The notes under the pieces: generated by a model
Database searches by the model: none
What the model was told of the DNA's origin: nothing
The model's input: the letters and a program-made list of their open reading frames with translations, nothing else
Source of the DNA: Podarcis liolepis
Taxonomy: Eukaryota
Strand: one strand, 5' to 3'
DNA length: 64,000 nt
Assembly (NCBI GenBank): GCA_965112155.1
Contig: OZ218099.1
Part shown: positions 53,133 to 63,850 of the stretch, piece by piece
How the letters are laid out: each line of letters begins with the position of its first letter
Position numbering within the stretch: the stretch's first letter is position 1
Translations under genes and position numbers: made by a program

Positions 53133-54265
53133 GCCAATTGCTTATGGGAAAGTGTATACCGTTCTTTACAACTTAGGGATCCTTCTTCCGCAGTCTGTGA
53201 ACATATTTATCATCTTAATTGAAAACATCTTCAAATGCTCAGAAAACAGGTTAAAAATAATAAAAAAGGAGCTTTGGAAAAGAGATAGAAAGTTTATTTT
53301 CCCGAAAGAAACACTATCAGCATTAGAGCCTTCCAAATTTATGCACAATCATGCTTTCTTGATTTTTGACCCTCTCTGCTTATTGCATTATTCTAGCCAT
53401 TTTGAACCATTTACAAAAGCCCATTTCCTACAAAGTGAGTTTGGATCTCCTCTCTCCCCTCCCCCCATCCTTTTATAAAGACATTGATGTGTTTTTTCTG
53501 ACATGCCTCATGAGTTCCGTCAATCACAGGTCCTTCTTAATGGATACCACATGTCTGCCCAGAACGGTGTAATTACAATGCTAGGATTCTTGGCACTGCC
53601 AGGAAAGGGGGCACTGTCAACCCAATTAGAGTTTATTTATTTACATACCATTTCTGGATGAGAATTTCTGTCTTTTATGCTGATGCCGTGAAAATATCTC
53701 TCTCATCAAGTAGCTGTAATTTTGCCTGGAAAAGGTTGTTGTTGGGGTTTTAAAACTGTTTTGGAGCTCTTATATTTCTTGTTTTCAGTTAGTTTGCACA
53801 TAAGGAAACTTTCCCATAAACAAAACATCTGGGAACAGCATCATGAAATGAATCAGTCCGACTTTCATTTGTGCTTTCAGATGAGGGAAGAGATTTGGGG
53901 TGGCTGATTCTCTGAACTCTATATAGTCATTATTTCCATCTCACTAGGGTGCCTCCCAAGCAGAGTTTGCCTTATTTTTAAAAAGCCAGTCAGATGGACT
54001 TGGTCTGCCTGCATTTGCTTATGCTAGAAATGTCCCACATGAATCTGTGTTATTATACCCACACTACTAGGCTTAAAGACAGTGATCTTAGAAGTCTACC
54101 CTTGTAAATAAGAACCCACATGAAGCAAATGGGTCCTCCATGTTCCCCTGTATGAAATATATATATCTGAGCAAGAATTATTAGTTTGCTACATGAAACA
54201 AATCAGAATTATCCAGGAGTAAACTGAGCAACTAACTAGGAAGATTTATTTATTATCAGTCAATG

Positions 54266-54321
54266 GTTAATGGGATTAACAATTGGGGGTTGTTAATAAT
54301 GGGGTTGTTAATCCCATTAAC
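54266..54321. repeat. Perfect 17-bp inverted repeat
   Basis: GTTAATGGGATTAACAA (54266-54282) / TTGTTAATCCCATTAAC (54305-54321). Confidence 0.9.
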
Positions 54322-54480
54322 AGTAAGACCGCGATCCTAACCCCACGTATATGGGAGGAAGCATCATTGAATTCAATATTCAATTCAATAGTACTTACTT
54401 GTGTATGGTTAGGATTGCATTCTAAGTCTGCAGCGGTACTTACTCTGCAGTAACTCTGTAAAGGATTACAGGATTCAGTT

Positions 54481-54677
54481 CAGTGCTGGGTTAAACCCTG
54501 TGGAGGCCCCTAGGCAGTCAAAATCTTGGGGGGGGGTTGTCACAAATTATCTCCTAATACAATGTTGCAATTTTATTTCAATATCAAATCAATATTATTT
54601 TGATCTGTTGTCACAGGGGCCCCAAAAGACGTGGGGACCATAGGCCTGTGCCCCTACTCTGTCTATTTGGTACACTG
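54481..54677. mobile_element. hAT MITE
   Basis: CAGTGCTGGGTTAAACCCTGTGGAGGCCCCTAGGCA...CACTG. Flanks ATTCAGTT / ATTTGGTT form an 8-bp TSD with 2 mismatches. Confidence 0.7.
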
Positions 54678-55979
54678 ATTTGGTTCTAAACAAGATCTAC
54701 CAGAGCCCAGTCTAGTACATTGCACAGGACTAGGCTGATAGCCTGCTTTATGTTTATTATTGGGTCACTGTTGGGTTGGATTGTTTTAGCATCATTTTCA
54801 CGTCAGAATGCCTGAGACAGCATTTCACTCATATATACAAAGGCCAAGTATCATCTACATTGTGCGTAAGATCTTTTCGCAAACCTTGCACGGTGCCATC
54901 AGCAGGTTACTTCTGACAAGACAGCAGTTGTGGTCCGAGCGACTGTGTGCCAAATGCCTTTCAGAGAACCAAGAGATATGCCACAGAGAAAAACTGGTAG
55001 GTGTGTGTCTTGCATGTATCGGTGCAAGAAGAAGAAAGGCAGGAGGAAAAGACAAGGGAGACCTGCCTTCCACCTGCACTGAAACGAAACCTTCATGTGA
55101 AAAGGATAGTCTGAACTCCCTTCACTCTCCACTGCAGTGCCCATTCTTTTAACAAACAATGCTTCTCACAGACACTGCTCTTCCCACAGACAAACTGCTG
55201 TCTTCTTGAGAGAGGGAATAGTTACGGGGATACCTATAGCTGGGGCCAATGTTGTTTTCTCATATAAATGCTCCAATAAAAGACAGCTTTCTGATTTAAA
55301 TCGTCCCCTCTGTGGCTAAAATATTAATTACAACACCCAGGATATTCTGGTTGTTGTTCATAGTGTCACTATTCCTCTCGTTACACAGTGTGAGGTGATG
55401 GAATGATGTGGCAGAATTCTGGACTCTTATCACTTCAGACTGTAGGTTGGGAGGGTCATATGTTGGACTGCTTTCCCACATTTAAAAGTAGCCTGCAGAT
55501 AATAAGCGAACACCTTAGCAAATGGACTAGGCATCCTCCCAAATGTGCTATTGGTTGGTACAGGTGTGTGGTGCTAAAAACATCCCTACAATTAAATATG
55601 GTTTCTACTTAGCTGCAATGTTTTGGATACCAAACTCCGAAGGCCCCCCCTTTTTTTTTTGGCCAGAAAACAGGTACAAATGCAAATAACAAGCAAACTA
55701 CACACAGGGACTTAACAGAAGGAGGACTATGAGTGAGGTCCAACTCTCTTAGCATTGGCATCAACATTCCCTCAGGACTGGGGTGAAAGAAAATACTTTT
55801 GTGCATTCCATGCTTTAACTTGCTTAGCGCTTTAAAAAAAATGAAAGCAAATGAGTGCTAAAAGTTCTAAAGCAACAAAGCATATTTCTAGATTTATTGC
55901 ACAGTCTTCTTTGTAGTTCCATCCCAAAGCAGTAAGCCTTTTGCCAGACCGAAAAAAAGGGCTATAAACAGCCATGCCC

Positions 55980-56120
55980 TAGCTGAAAAAAGCAATATGT
56001 CGTCAGTCTGACATATACCTCGCTTTTCCGCTCATTGTCAGTGCTGTGATTGATGGTGTTGTTCATTAATGTGGGACGATTGTCAGCTTTTCCTGGATAA
56101 ATATAAAAAGAAACAAAGAA
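55980..56120. promoter_or_regulatory. Candidate enhancer: PBX-HOX TGATTGATGG flanked by MEIS-type sites
   Basis: TTGTCA 56035, TGATTGATGG 56047-56056, CATTAATG 56064, TTGTCA 56080. Confidence 0.4.
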
Positions 56121-57355
56121 ATCCCCACCCTTTTTGAGCCAGGGTGAAATATTTCCTATTTTCTTCTGCTGGATACAAGGCATGCACAATGGTACAGCCA
56201 CTCCCCCACAAACACACTCACCCATTTTTACTGCAGAATCAAGAAACTGGGTGGCAAAAAGAAAACGAAAAACCCTATCCTTCTCTTTCATGACAGTTGT
56301 TGGGGGGAAAAGAAAGTCGTCGTTTGGGAATGCTTCCTCCCACCCGGTCACACACACCACCAGGATGTTAAACTAAGATAGGATAATGTATTCATCGCTC
56401 AAAGACATACACCAGAATGGACCAGAAACCAGAGACAAAGTTGCTCTGCATATGTTGCATGGGAATAATATACTCTCATGTTATTTTTGTGTACATGACA
56501 AATGCCAGAAATTTAGTGGTCATGGTGCACTTCTGCTACAATAGAGTCTTCTGGCGTAGTTACAGCAGCTCTGAAAAATATTAATGCAGTCATAGACACC
56601 TTTGGTCTTCAGTGTTTTCTTACACCCATTTTTTACACTACAGCACACCAGGACATCATCACAGTCCATCAGATTGCAAAAAACATGCCAGTGAAAGCCC
56701 CAGGCAAAAACTAATACTCTCAAGATCCTACCAATATTCAAGATGCACAAATGGGTCCAGCCCAGAACATTTTGCTGCCTGAGGTGGAGCAGCAAATGAG
56801 GTCCCTTACAAGTCAGGAGACGGAGAAACTAAAATCAGTCAAGTTGTTTCACCATCTGGAGGCAGTAGCCAATAGTGTTGCTCCGATGATTAAGAGTTCT
56901 GTAAGCAGAATGGGGACATGGGTTTTTCATCAATTTCATCCCCCTGCAGCTCCAGTGCCCCCCTAAATCTGCTTTGGAGAGTCCCCTAACCCTCTGGAGC
57001 AGATTTTGGGGGATCTGGTGGAATCCCAGTGGAGAGGGTGACTCACCCAAAATTGCTTCCCTTTCCATTCTGCTGACAAAAGCCTTATTGTCACCTGAGT
57101 GAAACCACTGGATACAAACTAATGACCCAAGGCTCAAACAAGACTCAGTCCCACTGGGCTTTTTAGTACCTAGTTTCACTTCTGGAACAAGTGAAGCAAT
57201 GGCAAACAGTGCCTCTGAGCATATACAATCACAGCAAAGACAAATACCACACTGTGGTCTGGTAGTTCCTTGCAAAGACTTCACCATGCACCTTGATGGA
57301 GGAAGCAGCTAAACATGCAAAAGGGTGCATGGATCAGGGTATGTTTAGACTTTGA

Positions 57356-57479
57356 GATCCCTGGCATCTCCACGTAGAGCTGGGAAAGTCCCCTGCCAGT
57401 CAATGTGTACGGCACTGACCTAGATGGACCAATCTTCTGACTTGAAAATAAGCCAGCTTCATAAGTTCCTATGTTTCTA
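57356..57479 (+). mobile_element. Squam2 SINE, 5'-truncated
   Basis: ATCCCTGGCATCTCCACGTAGAGCTGGGAAAGTCCCCTGCCAGTCAATGT...TAGATGGACCAAT...GCTTCATAAGTTCCTATG. Confidence 0.82.
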
Positions 57480-57825
57480 ATGGTGATCAGTATGCAAAAA
57501 ATGACACTATGGCCAAGATGAAAGGCAGTGATAAGATTTCATTTAGGATCATGGTGTGTTTCCTTTACACTTAATTTAAACACACACAATGTGTTCCAAA
57601 GAATGACAAGGAAAGGAACTGAAACCAGTACTTTTCCACCTCTGTATCTCTGCGGTTCCATTCTGGGTCTCTGAGAACCATCAATACATTTTAACAGTAG
57701 CAATGGTACCCTTGTGTAGACAGGATGTGTTATTATAGCAAAGAAATAAAATTGACAGGATAAATTTAGTTGTTTTTCTTGACTTCTACTCTAGCTTAGA
57801 AGTGGAGGGTATGCACAGCCTGACG

Positions 57826-57859
57826 TTCTTACTGGTTGCTATTTCTTACTGGTTGCTAT
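57826..57859. repeat. Perfect 17-bp tandem duplication
   Basis: TTCTTACTGGTTGCTAT x2. Confidence 0.9.
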
Positions 57860-58219
57860 TTTCACTATTTACTTGATTATTCCCTGCACTGGCACCCTTA
57901 CCTTTCTGCTTGATGTAATCTTTATAATCAGGTCATTGCTTATATTGTTAGGGAAAGGGTCATTGCCCACCATATTTCCATTTTTACATTGCATCAGTGT
58001 GGACAGCATAAAAAATACAAATATTACAGCATACTTACAGTCAGAAGAAATAAACCTTTAAAGGGAGAGATCAAGGGTTACACTTCCCAAACCTTCTGGC
58101 ATCAACAGGTTAATGACAATAATATTTTTCAGGAGGAATACATCTCTTGAACTAAACGGTAAATTATTTTGAATACCTCTGTAAAGTACAGGAAATCAAG
58201 AACTGTAGGAAACCTGGCA

Positions 58220-58620
58220 TAATGCCACCAATTGAAGATTCAATCTGACTGTAATAGAAGGTGATTATTGAGGACTAGCAGGCAAATGATGGATGGTTTC
58301 CTGTTGAAATGACAGCTCTGCTGCATATCAGCGGTCCTCCTACAGCACAAACGCACAGATCGGTCTTTGCAGCTTCTTAATTCGTAACGTTGTGGGAAAT
58401 GGATTTCAGACCTGTGACGAAGATTCCAGGCTGACAGGGGCATGTTTCAAGGATCCAGAAGAGGCTTCTAGGGGTAGGAAATCTAATGAAAGCCATGCTT
58501 GCTAAATTTTGCAGCCATTCCTTCCAAAGCAGCAATAACGAAAAATGATCCTGCAGTTGCAGGCTAGTCAAAGCTCTGGTTAACCGCTAGTGGCAGCTTT
58601 GTGCAGCCATTAGCATTGCA
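58220..58620. promoter_or_regulatory. Candidate enhancer: PBX-HOX TGATGGATGG plus MEIS TGACAG
   Basis: TGATGGATGG 58287-58296, TGACAG 58310 and 58432. Repeat-free and CpG-retaining. Confidence 0.42.
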
Positions 58621-59153
58621 GGTGAAAAGGGGGAAAGTAAGGCAGTGTGTGGAAACATGCTCAACAACAGTTTTGAATAAGTTTCAGTTTTTTTCCTGAA
58701 TTTTCTTGCCAACATAAACTTATACTTGACTATGGAACCTCCCCCTTTTAAAAATGTTTATGGCTCATATGGTAACTGAGAAAATCTCAACAAAAGGAAA
58801 TGTGGGTAATGTCAAATCCATTGCTTTTCAACTTGGTTACAAATTATCTGGGGTAAGCAGTGAGGTGTCAAGACCTGCTGATCACCCCAAAATTATTTAG
58901 GGAGGTTAACAACAAAAGGGACAGCAAAGTGCATGATTTGTGACTGGAGGTCCTTTAAAAGGTACCGAGAAGACAATGTTTTATTTCCCAGAATGGTCAT
59001 GCAAATCAGAATTCTTATGAATACCAAAGTGGCTATTATAAAAAAAGGATGCTAAGGTGAGGCTAACAATGCCTTGTGCTTTGTTATGACCTGAAAGTTG
59101 GGTGAGCTTTTTAAAAATGCATTTCAGATAAATTACATGTGGTTTGGTAGCAC

Positions 59154-59297
59154 CAACATTGCCCCCCAAAAAAACAAATAAATAACATGTTTTTCTACTC
59201 ATATTGAAATACTGCCCCTCAATGAGGCCAAACTTAGATTCACAAAATGTTTAGGGGTATGTGTATCCCTGCATCTGCCCCAGAAAAAAAAGCACTG
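59154..59297 (-). mobile_element. hAT MITE, 145-bp family, copy 3 (one end replaced)
   Basis: 59190-59297 is the reverse complement of copies 1 and 2. TSD GGTAGCAC at 59146-59153 and 59298-59305. Confidence 0.85.
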
Positions 59298-61407
59298 GGT
59301 AGCACATTCAACTATATATATTGTTAACTTTAAATGATTATGTGTTAATCAGTAACAATGGCAAATTCCTCCCCCTTTAAGATAGTCGCAAGAAGACTTT
59401 CTGAATGTTATAAAGTAGCAGGAATCAGCCATGTGCTTCAAAGAAGGAAAAGTGCCACACAACACAATCCAGGCCTGGTCCTCTGTGCTGCTACATCTTG
59501 TCTAGCGAGTCACTGGCTCCCCATGGCCTTTAATAATAAATTAGTATAGCTGCATGCTCTGGATTCTGTCAGGCCTAGGCTCTGACACAGAGCCAGAGTT
59601 CCTGCACAAAGGGAAGAAATAATCCACAAGAACAGTACATTTATCAGGCCAGTCTGCTTAAAACGTCCCCAGCTGATAACGCCAGCTTTCTCTCGAGTTT
59701 AATAACAAAGCTTCCTTTTACACACGACAGCATATTTTGCTGAGCCAATGCACGTGCAAATACTCTGTATGTTCACATGTTATTAATAAGCATTATGATT
59801 GCTACTAAATAAGCGCTACTTAAATGTGTGGTGGTGGTGGTGGTGGTGATAGCAGCAGGCAGTGTTCCTCAATAGGACTGGCATTTCTCTAGCTAGAATC
59901 AATATTGTGAATGCGCTGCTCACGAGATCAGTCAAGTGTGCCTAACTTGGGCAGCTATCCACAAACTCAAATAAAGCTTGCAAATATACAAGTACATACA
60001 ACCAAGCCAAATAGGAAAGCCATGAGCAATCAGATGAGGCACCCCACCAAGGGATTTTGGAAATGGCTTCAGTGCATCGAGTGCACATTAGTATAGTTAC
60101 AAATGTCTCATACTCAAGAAATCAGGTAGCTTTGTACCAACTAAAGCAGGCAAAAGTATAATATCCAAAGAAATTAAATAATATAGCTGTTAACCAGGCA
60201 CAGCTGGAATGCATGTTGCTGGGTTCATTTGAGGATAATGGTAGAAATATGAACAAAGTCAATTGATTTTTGTCTCCCATGTGTTCTGAGTTGCAGGAGG
60301 GTACTTTTACAGGAAAGCAAAAGCTGTAACTTGAGTTATAACAAAGCAGCACCTTTGTTCAGTGTCTAGCTGCTGGGGTACAAAATGATTCGCTGAAAAA
60401 GTGGCAGCAAATGTTTATAGTAGAGCAGCGCATACCATTATCAGTGTATGATGTCAATTTAAATTTTACTGGAACAGAAACCTTTTGACCCCTTCCAAAC
60501 TGGTTCCATTACTTGGTTTATACGCGAAAGCTTAGAAGGGAATTAAATTAGGAGGAACATTGCAGGAGAAGTGTATTTGCATCTATGGCACTTAAGACTG
60601 GAGATTAGTTGACCTCTGGAAAGGGGGATTAAAGTAGTTTCGCCATCGAGAAAAGACAATCTGTGTTCTTAAGGCAATCAAATTGGGAGGGTAAGAACCT
60701 CTGAAAGATGAATTGAAAGCAGAAAGGGTCCATAAGAAAGAATCCATGTTCATTTGCATGGCTTACATATCACACATGAATTATGCTTCAACCTCAGCTG
60801 CATTAGGAATATTTTATAGCATTTGAATCATTTCACAAACCCTTTAAGCACCGATATGTAAATTTGAAATCTGTGTCCATTTTTACAATCTAATTTTACA
60901 ATAGATTAACCTCCAAAGGGGTATCAGTAGATAGTGAAGATGCTTGCTATATACAGTGGGCATGATTGCCACAGCAGAATACACTCAAAGAAGTCTCATC
61001 TCTCCCAAGATAAATGTCAAGTACAATAATCACCAAATCATGGTCCAGTAAAAGTGGCTACCCTGATATAACCCATATCTAAATAACAACTATAGCCCAT
61101 ATGAAAAGATCTTTTAATGTTCTACATAAATGAGGCTTATAATAGGGAAACCTTCATTTCAATTTCTATATAAAGCAGTGTATATCGTGCAAGCAGAACC
61201 AATGCACTGGTTCCTTTGCAGATTGAATACCTAGTCAGAACAATTACTGAACTGTACGTATTTAATTTTATCAGCAATGGAGCAACCGAGAGGGAATTTC
61301 CCCACATGGCAAGTTTCTGTTAGCCAAATTGTCTATGCAATTCTTTTGAAGATGGCCCTGCAATATTTTGCATGCACAGCATATTCTCTTATTATTTATT
61401 AACTTGA

Positions 61408-61500
61408 ATGATTGATTGATTGATTGATTGAGTGAGTGACTGATATACCGCCTTTCAACGCAAGAACTCAGGGTGGTTCACAAGATAAAAATGCAAAGTA
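61408..61500 (-). mobile_element. L2-type LINE 3' tail with (ATTG)n
   Basis: (ATTG)n, then ATATACCGCCTTTCAACGCAAGAACTCAGGGTGGTTCACAA. Confidence 0.65.
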
Positions 61501-62017
61501 AAACAGTGGTGGCAGTGCAGAATTGGCCTCTGCAATAAAATTTCCTCCTCTAAATATATATTAATAAATTAGAATGCCCCACCCCTAAATATATATACTG
61601 TAGTAGACTATGGTTTAACACTTATAAATGGCTATGAGTTTTGTGGAAGACATGGGCTGACATCCAGTTCCCGCAAGACATTTTGGCCTGTTTTCTTAAT
61701 TTCAATAAACATATGCATTACCTGACACCCCTGAGTAGCAGTATTTATGACCGAAACATGTATTTGGTCCTTTTGCCCTCAGTGCTTCTGAACTGCCCCC
61801 CCCCCCGGGGCCACATATTAGAGGACCTGCAATAGCTTTTTACTGTTGGCTTATGAATGCAGCTAAATTTGATTTAACACCCATGTGCAGAATGGAAACT
61901 GGGAACTAAAGAATCAAGTCTTTCTAAATAAGTGGAACGCTGCACTCTCTTTCTGCTATAACCTCAACTAGATTTGAGATGGCACCTCATATAGCAAAAT
62001 GATTGTATAGGACATAC

Positions 62018-62163
62018 TTGTCTCCTCATGGGTATTTAAGGAAAATATGCTTTCCTCCTCCGACTGCTGACAATCCAATAACACAGAAGGCTTCTACACG
62101 ATAGCCTGCTGTTCTGTTGTCTTTCAGTTCCGGGCAGAGGCCACAGTTCACATCAACTTGGTC
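62018..62163 (-). other. TENM4: 146-nt internal spliced exon, probably a 5'-UTR exon of teneurin-4
   Basis: Seen: minus-strand acceptor CTTTAGTTCTGTCTCCAG|GACC and donor GGAGACAA|GTATGT bracket a non-repetitive segment. The gene assignment rests only on my recollection that the mammalian TENM4 leader contains GAACTGTGGCCTCT...AGAAGCCTT...TTTCCTTAAA...TGAGGAGACAA. Not database-verified. Confidence 0.55.
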
Positions 62164-62921
62164 CTGGAGACAGAACTAAAGTTCACAGACCAAGTAGCAT
62201 CGATGGGGTGTTTCCCTATTGTGTGGGCACTTATTCCAGGAGAGCGGAAATGGGATTAGTCATGCCCTTCTTGTCCCCGTACATATCATTTTGAAACACT
62301 GGGGAAGTGAACACAGTCCAGCAGTGGGCAGAAGGAATATCCTTGCTCACCATACATGGACTAGCTGTGTTATGTATTACTGATTACAAAAATTACCGAG
62401 TTTTATGGCAAGCTGATGCTGAGCTCTGTCCCTAGCTAAGTGTAAAGGTGTTTTATATCCCTGCTGCAAACTGAAAAAGAGTAAAAGGAGCTGACCCACT
62501 CCTCTCTTTCCATCCCCCTGCCCTACGCATCAGGCCTTTTTCCATGGATGGTTCCATTCCAGTTTTAGTTCAGTTTGACCTTATGTTGTTATCATTGTGT
62601 TTCTCGTACGGACACAAACCAACCCTGCCAATCAATAAATTAAAAATTATAATGATGAATGACTGTGAATTAAGCCCTCTTCAAACATTATATTGCTATT
62701 TAGTTTTGTTCTGTTATCTATTATCGATCTCATGTATGGTCTGTATATGAAAATGAAATGTTCTTGTTTTAAATTGTTATATACCACTTTGATAAATTTT
62801 GTGAAATGTGAAATGTTGTGAAATGTTTTCTGAAATAAATAAAATAAATTAGGTAAGCAAGCATATGAGGAGGCCCATGTGGACAAGCACTCTGGCTCTG
62901 CCCTTCCATTTTTTTTCCTAA

Positions 62922-63005
62922 AAGAAGAAGAAGAAGAAGAAGAAGAAGAAGAAGAAGAAGAAGAAGAAGAAGAAGAATAGTAGTAGTAGTAGTAGTAGTA
63001 GTAGT
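62922..63005. repeat. Compound (AAG)n(TAG)n microsatellite at a SINE tail
   Basis: (AAG)n 62922-62977, then (TAG)n 62978-63005, abutting the SINE 3' end. Confidence 0.96.
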
Positions 63006-63238
63006 TTGGATTTGATATCCCGCCTTTCACTCCCCTTCAGGAGTCTCAAAGCAGCTAACATTCTCCTTTCCCTTCCTCCCCCAAAACAAACACTCTGTGA
63101 GGTGAGTGGGGCTGAGAGACTTCACAGAAGTGTGACTGGCCCAAGGTCACCCAGCAGCTGCATGCGGAGGAGCGGAGACGCGAACCCGGTTTCCCAGATT
63201 ACGTGACTACCGCTCTTAACCACTACACCACACTGACT
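63006..63238 (-). mobile_element. Squam3 (tRNA-CORE) SINE, young copy
   Basis: Minus strand: A-box CAGTGTGGTGTAGTGGTTAAGAGCGG, B-box GGTTCGCGTCTCC, CORE GGGTGACCTTGGGCCAGTCAC, L2-like tail GCTTTGAGACTCC...GGCGGGATATCAAAT. CpGs retained. Confidence 0.88.
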
Positions 63239-63451
63239 AGGATGTACAGCAATCGTCCTTGAGAACAAGAAGCCCTCTGGTCAGAATATCACAGCCCAGC
63301 TCTTGGAAGGAGATCAGGAAGGCAATGGGAGAGGGAGGCAAAGCGATCATGCTTGTCCGCAAGGACTGCTGCTCACGTTTGCTTAATGCAGCAGTATAAC
63401 GCCTGAAGAGGGCTAAAACCTCTCAGTCCCATTTTTGTGCAATTGTTTGTT

Positions 63452-63850
63452 AGTTTGTTTATTTATTATTTTGATTAATACATTTTTATCCTGTCCTCCT
63501 TGTCAGGGCAGCAAGCAATCAAGGAGCAAAGCGATACAACTTTTTTAAACATTCAAAAATCCTCACAGCTAATTAATTTCAAGGTTGCCAGCAGCAGCAT
63601 ACTTCAGCTGTCAAATCTCTGAATGAACAAGATTGTTTTTAAATTCCACCTGAATGTTAATAATGAGGGAGACGGAGGAACCTCACCAGGGAGGGCATTC
63701 CATAAAAGGGGAAACTCTATCGAGAAGTTCCTGTCACAGGTGAGTGTCATCTGGGCAGCAGCCAGAGACAGTACCTCAACTAGGTCCCTTCTGCTCTTCC
63801 TTCTTTGAAGGCTGTTTAAATTTAAATGGGAGCAGCCCTTCAAACAAAGG
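63452..63850 (-). mobile_element. L2 LINE 3' region (ORF2 C-terminus remnant)
   Basis: ORF 63604-63924(-) contains RNFSIEFPLLWNALPGEVPPSPSLLTFRWNLKTILF, matching the L2 ORF2 end motif RAFSxxxPxLWNxLPxxxxxxxSLxxFKxxLKTxLF. Confidence 0.85.

Noticed and set aside
62125-62180. LF-SINE similarity on the plus strand (GAGGCCA...TGGAGACAGAACTA)
   Set aside because: The match is short, gapped and does not extend. The minus-strand exon explains the region better.
62567-62581. Near-perfect estrogen response element AGTTCAgttTGACCT
   Set aside because: A single motif inside what looks like a decayed DNA-transposon remnant, expected by chance in 64 kb.
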